Shown here piece after piece: positions 28,726 to 43,302 of a stretch of 64,000 nt of DNA. Both the position numbers and the translations under genes were made by a program. Origin of the DNA: the human T2T-CHM13v2.0 reference genome, Homo sapiens. The stretch's first letter is position 1; each line of letters begins with the position of its first letter. A model generated the notes under the pieces. The model was given only the letters and a program-made list of their open reading frames with translations. It did no database searches and was not told the origin of the DNA. The stretch lies in assembly GCF_009914755.1 (NCBI RefSeq), contig NC_060932.1; one strand, written 5' to 3'.

Positions 28726-29120
28726 TTTTTTAAATTTTTTGTTTCGAGATATGGTCTCACTCTGTTGCCCAGGCTGGAGTGCAGTGGTGTGATCATGGCT
28801 CACTGCAGCTTTAACCTCCCTTGGCTCAGGTGATCCTCCCCACTCTGCCTCCCAAGCATTAGGTTGGTGCGAAAGCAATCTGTTTTGCCATCACTTTTAA
28901 TGGCAAAAACTGCAATTACTTTTGCACCAACCTAATAGCTGGGACTACATGGTGGGGTATGCCCCACCATGCCTGGCTAATTTTTTATAGAGATGGGGTT
29001 TCACCATGTTGCCCAGGCTGGTCTGGAACTGTAATCCTAACACTTTGGGAGGCCGAGGCAATCCACCTGCCTTAGCCTCCCCAAAGTGTTAGGATTACAG
29101 GCATAAGCCACCACACCCAG
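28726..29120 (-). mobile_element. AluJ-like element interrupted by MADE1 and carrying an internal inverted duplication
   Basis: J-type 'ggtctcactctg', 'gatcatggctcactgcagc', 'gttgcccaggctgg'; resumes after the insert at 'tagctgggactac'. Confidence 0.88.
28859..28935. mobile_element. MADE1 (Hsmar1-derived MITE) inserted in the Alu
   Basis: TIRs 'ttaggttggtgc' / 'gcaccaacctaa'; inserted at the Alu TA of 'caagTAgctggg' (left copy now CA). Confidence 0.93.
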
Positions 29121-30417
29121 ATGCAATCCTTTTGAAAAGATAAAAAAACAACTCAAGAGGTTCAATTTTATGCAATTGAAGTTTTACATGAACCAACAAT
29201 TATGGATAGTCTATTGCAAGAGATTTTAATGTGGACAGAATTCAGAGGGGTGTGGCTCCTCTAAAATAAAATTGGAAAGTGTTAGGGGTTTATCCCTATT
29301 TATATGGTAAGAGGGTACTAAAGGTTTATTTAATTATCAAACAATGCTTGCCTTAAAAATGACTAAGAACCATGCCCTGAAAGTAATATTCCCATAAGTA
29401 AACCATATTAATGTTTCATAAAATGACATGGTTTTCTATATATTATTAAGAACTATTCAGTCACTGTAAAGCCATTTATATACCAGGGAACTATATAGAT
29501 TATGAAAATCTGCTATAATAAAGATATTCATTGTAAAACAGAAGTTCAAGTGGAAGCTTGAACTTTTATCAAGAAAATCTAAGTGAAGAGAAGTCATCTG
29601 GGATGGTTAGAGTTAGGGTGGAGGAAGGGGGGTGAGGAAAATAATCAGCAGAAGATGAGGCTATAGAGATGTTTTGAAGATCTAATTGTAAGTTAATGAT
29701 TCAACTATCATCCAATAAGTAATGGAGGCAAGTAAAGGGTTTTTGAGAGAACAATAGCACAAACAGAACTTTATTTCTAAATGAGAACTCCCATTCAAAA
29801 CCTATCCTCCCTCTATAATATTGTAAAAATAATAATAAAAGCATTGTCAGCTGTTCTCAGTACAGAACAAGAGTTCTTGTACTGGAGTAAAGAATACACT
29901 GTAGCAAGTGAGACTCTGGAGATGGGGACCAGCTGTGAGATTACTGCAAAGGTCCAAACAAAATATGAGCCTCCAACTAGAATGGTAGCAACGAAGAAAG
30001 AAATAAGGAGGCCCTTTGGAAACAAAATTGACAAGACTTGGTGAATAATTCATTAGAGTTAGAAGTAGGTGGTATGTGTAGGGTAAAAGCAATTGAAGAG
30101 GATTCTGAAGTGTGAGATATAATTAATGTGTCATTTGAGGTAGGCATCCTAGGAGATGGGTGAAAAGGGCATGACACTGGGGACCAGAAGTCTAACCAGG
30201 CAAGTCCCCTCTGCTAGTCTTCACAGCTCCACATGTCAACTGGCTGGACAAGTTAACACATAGACATTTAGTCATGTGATTCTTCTCCGTCCACAGGGAG
30301 AAGTTTTGTAGTCATGGACATTTAAATTTTTTTCCAGACTTTAAATTATTACTTTTGTGACTTCATATAGCAATTTTAAAAACATGATATCCAAGGATTC
30401 TTTAAGAAGTGACATCA

Positions 30418-31124
<707 letters not shown>

Positions 31125-31479
31125 TGACGCACTGGAATTCAAGAGCATGAGAAATCAAGCAGAAGGGCTATGCCATTTCAGAGAATTGAAGAATAACCCT
31201 CTTTGTATGCAATCTTAATTCATCCTCTAATGTCTCCGCAAAATAGTGCGATGCATCGTCTAAACTAAAATAAACTATGCAGAGAAGATTATTTCTTTGC
31301 TGATGCTATACTGAGGGATGGAATGGTGGTCGAGGTGATAGTATTGCATTCCTAGTATCCTCCCTAGTAAAAACAATCAAAAAGCTTCTCTATGAAAATT
31401 TGTGCCACTCTGGTCCTCAAATGGGCAGGATCCTGGCTGAAGAACTAGGCAAAGCAAGGCTGGAACCTGTGAAACCCAC

Positions 31480-31621
31480 CACGCCTTTTTCCCATATTAC
31501 GGACATCCGATCTTCAACACCATTCACCCCATTGGGGATCTTGGTAAAATCATCCTTCCCAAGAGCTTTCTGGCAGGTGTTGAAAGTGCAGTTATCAGTC
31601 CCTGTTGTGGTTAGATCATCA
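31480..31621 (-). CDS. DPYS: Dihydropyrimidinase exon 6 (142 nt, phase 2/0)
   Basis: tttacag|TGATGAT ... GGCGTG|gtgggt. Encodes [47 protein letters not shown], containing Asp326. Not in the ORF track; read by hand. Confidence 0.96.
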
Positions 31622-32311
31622 CTGTAAAAGAAAAAACACGAGAGTGATGGGGTGAGTATACAGAATATGTTAGGAGGAAACTGCCATAACCTTTCCTAAT
31701 CTCCTGGCTCCCTTCTCAATTGAAGTCAGAAAAGTCCAATGGAGAATGAGCAGTTTTTTCAAGAACATATTTCATCCCTCTCCTGTCTCTATTCTAGGAA
31801 GCACTTTCAGAGGACACACTGATCGGAAGCATGATCCAAGATGGGTTAGGAAACCTGAGTTCTAAGCTCAGCTCCGTCACTTAACTAGCTCTGTGATATG
31901 AGCTTGTCTGAGACTCCATTTCTCATCTAGAAATGAATAGTCACATGTACTTGATGAAGATAACTTCAGAATCACCAGCAAATATGTGAGAGAAAACTCC
32001 TTGTGAGCAGAATGCTGCATCCACAAAGACATCACCATGGTGATCCTCATGAATGGAGGGCAGGCCCTCCGGGGCAGTCCCTAGCCACACGGCCACACTG
32101 GGATGAACAGAGGGTGAGACTGGCTGGGGATGCTGATATTACCAGGGACAGGAATCCTGCTTTGACTTGTGAGTAATCTTGGGGATGCTGAATCATGAAG
32201 GAGGAAGGAAGCTGAAAAGAATGGGTAAGTGAACTCTTGTACGGTCTGTCATGAAAAACTCTTAGCTTGAGACTGAGTATCTGTGAATGGGGAGTGTCGG
32301 GATGTCCATGA

Positions 32312-32755
<444 letters not shown>

Positions 32756-33044
32756 TAATGAAGAGCCCTGGGTTTGGGCAACAAGAGATGAAAAAAGTCA
32801 GAAAAGAGTAAAGTTTCAGTGAAAACGATCTGATTTCTGAGAGTCTAGGAAAGGCTTTGACAACATATCACAGCATAATTAAGTCAATGTTTTTTGCTCT
32901 GCAGGTGAGGGGTACCCAGGACCTGACAGGTCAAGTAGAAGAGAATACTGGGAGGTTAGTGGAGGATCCAGATGGGAGGACGAGCTCCCTTCTACCCAAA
33001 CCTTCTTTTGGCAATACACTTCCCAGTCATCTGCAAAATGATTA

Positions 33045-33224
<180 letters not shown>

Positions 33225-36200
33225 TCATCACTTTAATTTTATTCTTAAGAGGACCATATGACAAACACATAAATATTAATCTTTTCTCCCCTAGCAGAGG
33301 GTAATATCTACAGTTTAGCAGAATCCCAAACTATAATTTACTTTTGTGGACAGGATTTAAAAATCCATGATGAACATAAATATGAATGAGAAATAAACTT
33401 CTGTAAGTATAAGCTATTCATATTTTAGATCCATTTTTATGGCCATATAACCTAGAAAAAGCTGGCTGGTACAAGAGCCATTCTAATGAAACCTTCTCCA
33501 AAACCCTACCAGATAAATGCTATTGTTATCTCCATAAAAAGATGAAAATAAAGCTATGGAGTAATAATTTCTCTACATTTACATTACATACAGTCTATGT
33601 GGTGTGGAGAAGGTAGAATTTGAACCCAGAATTTGACTCCAGTGGTTCTAACTTTTATGCTTTACTACCCTGATGACAGATAATTATTAGTTAGGTCATA
33701 TGGAATTCAACCACAGCATATCTCTGCTGCAAATCAATTGATAATCTTTTCATGCCCTTGAAAAAAAGAACTCCTCAAAAAACGTGTATTAAATGAAAGA
33801 ACACTCAGATAATAAAGTCTTAGCCAGAAATGCATATTTTAAAAATCATGCAAATGAGGCCATCAAAAAAAAAAGCGTACAATGTTAGAAAAGTTAATAG
33901 TGCACAGTGAATTTGAAATTAAAATCAGAATCCTATCTCTGATTAGCATTTGTCAGAATAATAGGTTTGTTGGCATCAACCTGATCAAATTCAGGCAATC
34001 ATTAAGGAGAGTGCACAGTAGAGAGATGCTGGCATACCAAATTAGTTCACTCTGGTTCATCAGATGCTGAGTTTTAGTTAAAATCCTGATATATAACTGA
34101 AATTAACGATTTCCTCAGAGAGTACTGACAGTAGATGGCCGCCAGTTGCCTGAGTCATATCAAATTGGAACACAGCACCCTATTATTTCATAGATCCTTC
34201 TTCAAACTAGCCATCTTCCACTAGCTAGCTTAGGAATTTGAAAAACCATGAAAGCAAGGCTTATTGAAGCCTAAGAACTTCAATTCTTAAGTAACCAAGT
34301 ATCAATAAAAGTTATCCCCCAGGGACTTAGCCATGGCTAAGTTACTTTGCTTCCGTGACATACCCTACTGGATGAATCCCATCTCCATTCGGATTCTTAC
34401 TGCCCTATCCCCAGAAAAGGAGAAACACCATTAGCAACTCTTTCTAAATATAGAATATGCCCAATCGTTTTTAGTGAATGAAGAGGTAATGTACTATCTA
34501 CTGGAGAACTGGGAAGATGGACACGATATTTTATTTGCAAGTATGAAGAGACCTTCCTATTCCAAGGGAACGTCTTACAGATGCTTGGACAATGAAAACT
34601 CAGAGACTTGATCTGCAATCACTTTACAAGTCGCTGACTGAGGATTTTCCATGGTGCTTTATCATTGAGGAAAGATCCTTATCACATGTTCTATTCAATC
34701 ACTTGGCCCATCAAGGTGATACGGGAATATGGTTCCAAAAGTTCTGCAATTTTAACAGCACTCAGGAAAAATTAAAAGTGTCAGCATCTACCGGGAGTCT
34801 GCCAGGACTGTTTTGAAACCAGATGACAGGTAATTTCCTTGGAAGGGCTTAGCTCCTTTAAAATGTGACAGGCCACTTTAGTGGTATATACAACAAACTC
34901 TTCGTTAACTGGGCTATTTTCAACTTTCTCCCCATCTAGTATCTGTTAATATCCAAAATAAAATTTAAAAAGTAAAAATTCCTAACTGCATATTCTATTT
35001 CCTATTTCACTATTTCTAAGGCATTTTCAAAGGACTAAAAAGCATGCAAGAACTAAAAAGGGGAAGGAAAACAGGAGGCCTGGATAATCCATAAATTGGA
35101 TAATCAAACTGGATAATTCAGCATAATTATGGGTTGTGTTAGATTTGGGCTAAAAATAAAATAACAATAAAAATAGCTAACACATGCATACCATTCTATA
35201 GTTTGCAAGGCTCCCAAATACAATCTCATTTGACCTTCATAGCCGCCTTCATGCTGGTTTGACAGATGAAAAAATTGATGTTCAATGAGACTAATGTGCT
35301 CAACACACACTGGCACTAAGTTGTACAGCCAGAATTACAGTCATAGTATTATAATATCATATCATATGCACTATGTTACTAGGAAAAGTGCCATTTTTTA
35401 TTACTTGGGAAAGAGCATGTATTTCTAAATGTTTAAGTCAACCACAGGCTGTTTGTGGATGTGGCTGAGCATTTTTCCAATTTCATTTACTGGTTTCATT
35501 TACTACACTTAGCTGGTTGGCAATGAAGAGTGCTCTATCTGTCTTCAGCCTGGTACTATCCTGATTACATTCACAACTGGAGGGTTTCAACAACTCTTAG
35601 GAGAAAGGAACATCTTCATCATTAATCTCCTCCCACTGTCTTAGCAAGCTTCACATTAGGTTGTATCGTCTCTACCCATAGATGTTCTCTCCTTATTTCT
35701 CCATTTTTTGGCTCAAACCCAAACAAACAAAAGATTCTGCCCTTTATGATGCAATCTCCCACTTAAAGGAGTTTTACCCTTTGAGAGATACTCAAGATTT
35801 CCCAGTAATGAAGCAGATCAAACCAATCCAAACTCTCCACTGACCAGACAACCCATTTATTAGATGACGGTGATAGAGCAGATGTTAACACCTTGTCTGG
35901 ATCTGCAAGCAACGCTAAATATTGAGTCCTGAGATCTGCTAGAGAAGGTTGAAAGATGCACAGAAAAAGCATAGGCATCCAGGACCAAAAGCCCTGGCCA
36001 CTAAATAGGAGGCCAAACATATTCATAGAAATAAATCTTCCTAGCCAAAAGGATACAGCCAAACTTTCCTGGACTTTATTTTGATTCAAAACATTACATT
36101 TACAAAGGAAGAAAAGAATTGAGAAGGCAAATACATAGAAGCAGCTTGGTAGAATGGATCATACAGATTTAGGTTCAAATCCTGCTTTTGCTACTTTTTA

Positions 36201-36361
36201 GCTGGTGACATTGTACAAGGTAAGTCATTGTTCTTAGTCTGTTTTTCTCATCTGTGAAATGGGATCATAGTGTCCCTCTAGTGTGGCAATTTTGTGAAAG
36301 TCAAATAAATTAATGTTTATGAAAGTACCCAGAATCTTCCTGGGACCCTGGAGACATTTCA

Positions 36362-36781
36362 TGTTATGGGCTGAATTGTGTCCTCTGCCCAAATCCACAT
36401 GTTGAAGTTCTAACCCTGGTACCTCAGAATGTAACTGTATTTGGAAAAAGGATCTTTATGGAGGTAGTGAATTTAAAGTGAGGTCATTAGGGTGGGCCCT
36501 AATTCAATAACACTGTGGTTCTTATACGAAGAGGAAATTTGGACACATAGAGGGGAAGATAACGTGAAGACACAGGAAGAAGATGGCCATCTATAAGCCA
36601 AGAAGAAAAGCCTAGAACACATCCTTCCTCCACAGCTCTCAGAAGGAGCCAACCCTGTTCAACCCTGTTGTCACCTTGGTTTTGGACTTAAAAACTCCAG
36701 AACTGTGAGAAAATAAATTCCTGTTGTTTAAGCGGCCCAGTCTGTGGCACTTTGCAACGGCAGCCATAGAAAATTCATACA
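36362..36781 (+). mobile_element. MLT1B-like MaLR solo LTR inside a MIR
   Basis: 'tgttatgggctgaattgtgtc...gaggtcattagggtgggccctaat...aataaattcctgttgtttaagc...ataca'. Confidence 0.85.
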
Positions 36782-36937
36782 CTCCACAAACGTTAGTTTC
36801 CTGATAGCCACACGATTCTATTTTTTTAATGGCTAGCTTTTAACTGCTATGCAATTGGATATAATGTAAATTATCTTGTTCTAAATTTAAAGGACAATGG
36901 AGTGTTCTGATGTTCATATGCAAGAAAGAAGAAAGGC

Positions 36938-37181
<244 letters not shown>

Positions 37182-37413
37182 TCAGTTGCACATCGATTCT
37201 TCCTACAGCACTAGTGCCTAAGCATCAGTTCGTTGCACATGAGTAAATGAAATTTGGTGTATTCTTGTTCAACATTGCCAAGCAGCACTCAGCGTGACTA
37301 CTTGGGAAGAGAGGGGCCACTGTGTAGATTTTTCTCCGCATCTTTTAAAACACAAGAGGAATATATGGGAGACAGAGTTTACATAAAATGGAAAATAGGA
37401 ATTCCAAAGCCTA

Positions 37414-38027
37414 TGTTGACAAAAAGAGTCAAACTCTGTAAAATATTTGAAGAGATTCATTCTAAGGCAAATATGAGTAACCAATGGCCTATGACACAGC
37501 CCTCAGGAGATCTTGAGAACATGTGCCCAAGGTGGTTGGGGCACAGTCTAGTTTTATACATTTTAGGGAGATACAAGACATCAATCAAATACATGTAAGC
37601 TATACATTGTTCTGGACAGAAAGGCAGGACAGCTCAAAGTGGGGGCTTCCTGGTTATAGGTAGATGTCAAAATTTTCTGATTGGCAATTGGTTGAAAAAG
37701 TTATTATCGATAGAAAGAAATGTTTGGATTATGATAAGGGGCGGTGGAGACCAAAGTTTTATCATGCAGATGAAGCCTCCAGGTAGCAGGCTTCAGAGAG
37801 AATAAATTGTAAATGGTTTTTATTAGACTTAAGGTCTGTGTTGATGTTAAATGCTGGTCAGCCTTTCCTGAATTCCAAAAGGGAGGAGGACATAATGAGG
37901 CATGTCCAACCCTCCCTTCCCCGCATGGCCTGAAACAGATTTTCGGGTTAACTTTGGAATGCCCTGACTGAGAGGAGGGGTCCATTCAGATGGTTAAGGG
38001 GCCTTAGAATTTTATTTTTGGTTTACA
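37414..38027 (-). mobile_element. MER4-family ERV1 solo LTR
   Basis: Minus strand starts 'tgtaaaccaaaaataaaattctaagg' and ends 'gagtttgactctttttgtcaaca'; near-TSD CCTA/CCTC. Confidence 0.88.
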
Positions 38028-38966
38028 CCTCTCTGCAAGAGAACTTTTTATTTTACAAAGATATGCCTATTAAGTAAAACTATAAGCAAAACCAAAACCA
38101 AACGAAATCAAATCAAATAAACAACAATCAAATATACAAACACATTAAACAACCACAATCTAGCCCAGTTTACTGTGAGCTGCTTGAGATCTGAAATTGT
38201 CTTAATCATCTTAGCAAATCTAATGCCTAGAGCACAGTACCTAGCATGCGCTTGGCATCCAAGAACTTTGTTGTTTATGAAAAATATAAGGAAAATATTT
38301 GTTACGTTCAAATGAGCATCATATTTTTACCGTAAAGAAAGGAACATGGATTTAAAATAGACGTAAACTTAATTAAGACAAGCTAAAACAAGTTTAACTG
38401 TAAACCAAAACAACAGCAAAGCAGTGCATTGACAATTTCAGTCATAAATGAGAAACAACGCCAGATACATAGCAATTAGGGCATCAAGTTAAATTGCTTT
38501 GAGAAATTGTCACCATTCTAAACAAATCACAGAAAGGTAGTGAATTCATGAGCCTACAGGTTCTACTGGGAAGTACAAAGGTGAAGTGAACAATGCATTT
38601 CCTAAAAAGCCATTAATGATCCCATATGCCAACACTGTGGCAGAAAAAGAACATGTATAGCTACTCAGACCAAAATTTAAAAAGGGTCACTGAAGCCAAT
38701 GACACACATTGACACATACATTCTTCGGACAAAAACTGGACTGAAGTGGGTGATAGAAGTCAGGGGCTGGCAGACTGGACTGTCCACATGAAACACAATG
38801 ACAACTTGTTTGTTCAACTTCACACTTGGGCTATGGAGCAAGGGAGACAAACTCTGCTTCTGGAAGAAAAGGATAACGCTTTAGGGAGAAATGCCGGATT
38901 CCCTTGCCTCATCTCTGCAAAAGTGTCTTCTCACAAGAAGGGTGGATGAGAACTAATCTAGTTTTA

Positions 38967-39046
38967 TTAGGCTGGTGCAAAAGTAACTGTGGTTTTTCCC
39001 ATTGAAAGTAATGGCAAAAACCACAATTACTTTTGCACCAGCCTAA
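38967..39046. mobile_element. MADE1 MITE, intact 80 bp
   Basis: 37-bp TIRs around a 6-nt spacer; TA on both sides. Confidence 0.95.
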
Positions 39047-39645
39047 TAGTTACTCAACTTGGATGAAAAAATACTTAAGCATGAAATGGGCATTCTTTGC
39101 AAACTGTCAAAGGTGACACCACTTTTGATGGCTTGGACTTGAAAGTTTTCTTATTTCTGTAACCTGCTTTTCACTTTTTATTGCAGAATGCTAAAAGAAA
39201 ATATCAAGCATGAGCAAAAAGAAATCTCAGGCTTTGGATGCACTGAATATTGCCCACCTCTTCTTTCCCAGTTCACAAAAAAATCCTGGTGAAGACAGAC
39301 AAAAGGGAAAGAATCCAGAGCTGTACTGGGGTTGAAAGAAGGATCATGGCTGACCGGGGTTTTGGTAGATTTTAGGAATGTGGAAAGCAGATGGGATGGC
39401 AATAATTCATAAAGAAAAGTTAGGGGGAGTGACAGCCTAACCTGAAGGAGTAGAGGGAGTCATGAAGAGCTTTCCTCCTGGGGCAGAAAGGGCAGTGAAG
39501 GGGAGGGGAAGAGGAGGTCTGGGTCTGTCAACACTCACCCTTACCTCTGCTGGGAAATAAAGCTTCTTAGGTGGTATTGATGCTAGATTGAGGTCCCTGC
39601 ACCTTAAACTGAAGCTGTCCAGTGACTATGCCCCATGTGCATTCA

Positions 39646-40120
<475 letters not shown>

Positions 40121-40215
40121 CCTGAAAAATTGAACTAGAAAGAAACAGAGTAACCCAGGAAACAGAAGAGAATTAAAAAAAAATCTTCATTAGTACTCTT
40201 AAATTAAGAAGATAA

Positions 40216-40360
40216 GCTGAGCCCAATGGTTCATGCCTGTAATCCCAATACTTTGGGCAGCTGAGGCAGAAGGATCACTTGAGCCCAGGAGTTCGAGACC
40301 AGGCTGGGCAACATAGTAAGACTATGTCTTTATATAAAAATAAATAAAAAAACAAATAAA
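40216..40360 (+). mobile_element. FLAM / Alu left monomer
   Basis: 'gcctgtaatccc...gagcccaggagttcgagacc...caacatagtaagac' followed by an A-rich tail. Confidence 0.8.
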
Positions 40361-40761
40361 GTACCAAATTATTTTTAAAAAGAAAGTAATGCATCTATTG
40401 AAAGAAAAACATTAAAAAGAATACAGAACCATGGAAAAAAAGAGCGCTTAGAGAACAAGAACGTTTTCTTGGAAATAGAGGTGTGATTACCAAGACACAA
40501 GTTTATTAGAAGGGCAGGAAAAAGTAAACAAAAATATTTCCTAAAATGTATAGCAAAAATTCAAATATCTTTTTAAAAAGGTGAAAATAGTTAAAAGACA
40601 TGGAGGATTATGATGGAGTCCCAGGAAAAGAAAACAGAGGACATGAATATGGAGGAAAATACAGAAGAAACATTTTCAGAATCAAAGCTCAGTCGTCAGA
40701 TTGATAAAGCCCTCTGAACATGCAGGTGAATTTTTAAAAGGCCTACTACTAAATATAGCCT

Positions 40762-41323
40762 TGTCAGAGGTGTTCCAACCAGAGCAACTCCATCTTGAAG
40801 AGGGGCTGGGTAAAATGAGGCTGAAATCTCCTGGGCTGCAGAAACAGGATGTGGTAAAGAAGCTGGCCAAAACCCACCAAAACCAAAATGACAACTAGAG
40901 TGACCTCTGGTCATCCTCACTGCTCATTATATACTAATTATAATGTATTAGCTAAAATATATTAGCTAAAAGACTCTCCCACCAATGCTATGACAGTTTA
41001 TAAATGCCATGCCAACATCTGGAAATTACACAATATGGCCTAAAAAAATGAGGAACTCTCAGTTCCAGGAATTCCCTGCCCCTTTCCTGAAAAACTCATG
41101 AATAATCCACCCCTTATTTAGCAGATATTCAAAAATTAACCATAGAAATACCCAATCAGCAGCCCCTGGGGCTGCTCTGTCTATGGAGTAGCCATGCTTT
41201 TGTTTCTTTACTTCTCTAATAAAGTTGCTTTCACTGTACTTTATGGACTCAACTAAATTATTTCTTGAGCAAGATCCAAGAACCCTCTATTGGGGTCTGG
41301 ACTGGAACTCCTTTCCAGTAATA
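40762..41323 (+). mobile_element. MER41 (MER41B-like) ERV1 solo LTR with an internal deletion, inserted in an old L1 fragment
   Basis: Starts 'tgtcagaggtgtt..aaccagagcaactccatcttgaa'; ends 'aagaaccctctattggggtctgga...ccagtaata'; near-TSD GCCT/GTCT. Confidence 0.88.
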
Positions 41324-42302
41324 GTCTCAATGAAATTTCTGGACATCTAAAATGAAGAGAAAGTATAAAAATCTTACAGATAATGAAAAGTTTGTGATAA
41401 GAAGACAAGAAATTGTATAGGGTTTTCCTGTTCCTCAGTAACACTGGATGCCAGCAGAGAAGGAAACTGTGCCTTCATAATTCAGAAGGAAATATTTCAG
41501 AACCAAGAATTCCATGCCCATTCAAATCACCCAGTAAGCGTGAAGACAAGGAATCAGAAAATTTACCTTTTACACACTTTTCCTTAAAAATTACCTGAAA
41601 ATCTTCAAAGTAATTCAAGAAAAAGGGAGATATGGAAACCAGGAATCAGTATATCCAACCTCATTATCCCAGAATGACATCTCTACTGCAGGCTTAGCAA
41701 GCAGCTATCAAAAATGAAAGGGAAAGTCAGCAGATTCTCCTCCCACAAAGAATCTCTGCAAGTAGAGCTGATTCTATTCAATAGAAAGTATGATGAAGAA
41801 GCTAGAACTCTTCATGATATGGTAAAGAAGGCATATATTTCTTTTCTCAACCTATTTTAAAAAGAGCTAATTGGAAAAATGTCAGGAGAAACGAGAAACT
41901 TTGCAAGACAATAATGGTCTAAATATGTAGCAAACTAAAATAAGGCATGCTTTTGAGTCCTACTGGAATGAAGAAAACTCACTTGACCTTGACACTTGGA
42001 AATTGCTTCTCTGAGAGTCAATTTGAATAACACTAACTTGCACTGCAAGTTAGTGCTATGAATTTCTCTGAAGTTCTCTTCTCACTAATTGTTTCTACAG
42101 AGAAGAATATTTCCATAATTTTACCCTGTGACAGTTCTAAATTTTAGACTTAACCTATAGACAAAGCATGGAAGACCTAATTAGAGTTACAGAGTCTGTG
42201 TAAAGATAATAATACAGCTGGTAGACATCTGGAGGAGGCAGAGAGAGAGAGAGCACTTAGGGCCTCTAAGTTTCTTCTTCAGCCTGTAGAGAAGAGATGT
42301 CA

Positions 42303-42580
42303 GGCCGGGCGTGGTGGCTCACAGCTCTAATCCCAGCTCTGTGGGAGGCCATGGTGGGAGGTTAGCCTGAGACCAGCCTGGGCAACATGGTGAAATCCCG
42401 ACTCTACAAGAAATTTAAAAATTAGCCATGTACAGTGGTGCATGCCTATAGTCCCAGCCACCCTGGAGGCTGAGGCAGGAAGATTGCTTGAGCCCAGGAA
42501 ATTGAGGCTACAGTGACCTGTGTTCTTGCCACTGCAAGATCTCCTGTGAGATCCTGCCTCTTAAATAAAAAAAAAAAAAG
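42303..42580 (+). mobile_element. AluJ-like, degraded
   Basis: Alu 5' end, 'gagcccaggaaattgaggctacagtga', A tail. Confidence 0.82.
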
Positions 42581-42999
42581 GAATACCTAAAACAGGTAAA
42601 ATAAAACACGTAAAATTAAATATATCATTTGAAGTGACATTTATTACTGACAAAACTCAGGACGTGAGAAGTTTACAGGAACTAAGTCATTCATTTTTCA
42701 TAGTTGAGAGTCAAGTGATACTGTCAAAAGTTACAAATCACTACAAACTTATAGTTTAGGATTTTAGAGGTCACCACCAAAAACTAAAGATAGATAAGTT
42801 TAAAATCACTGGCTCTAAAGAATGAGCTGAGGGAGATAGAAGATACTTACTTTCCATTTAATACTTCATCATTTCCACCCCCAAAATTAATCTTTTAATA
42901 ATGATAAAAATAGCAAAATGATAACGTCTTAAATAAAAAATGTAAATGTAATGCCAAAACCCAAAAACCAATTACAATTACAAATTTTAAAACACCAAA

Positions 43000-43302
43000 G
43001 CCAGCGGGTCGTGGTAGCTCGCTCCTGTAATCCCAGTGCTGTGGGAAGCTGAGGCAGGAAGATCGCCTGAGGCCAGGAGTTCAAGACCAGCTTGAACAAC
43101 AAATGGAGACTTCATTTCTACAAAAAAATTTTAAAAATTGGCTGGGTGTGGTGGCTTACATGAGTAGTCGCAGCTACTTGGGATCTGAGGTTGGGAGGAT
43201 CATCTGAGCACAGGAGCTTGAGGTGGCAGTTAGCTAAGACTGTGCTACTGCACTCTAGCCTGGGTGACAGAGAGACTCTGTCTCTAAAAATAAATAAATA
43301 AA
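43000..43302 (+). mobile_element. AluJ-like
   Basis: 'gaggccaggagttcaagacc'; (TAAA)n tail. Confidence 0.85.

Noticed and set aside
38967-39046. Naming this hairpin as a specific annotated MIR548 gene
   Set aside because: Family similarity alone cannot identify an annotated locus without a database lookup.
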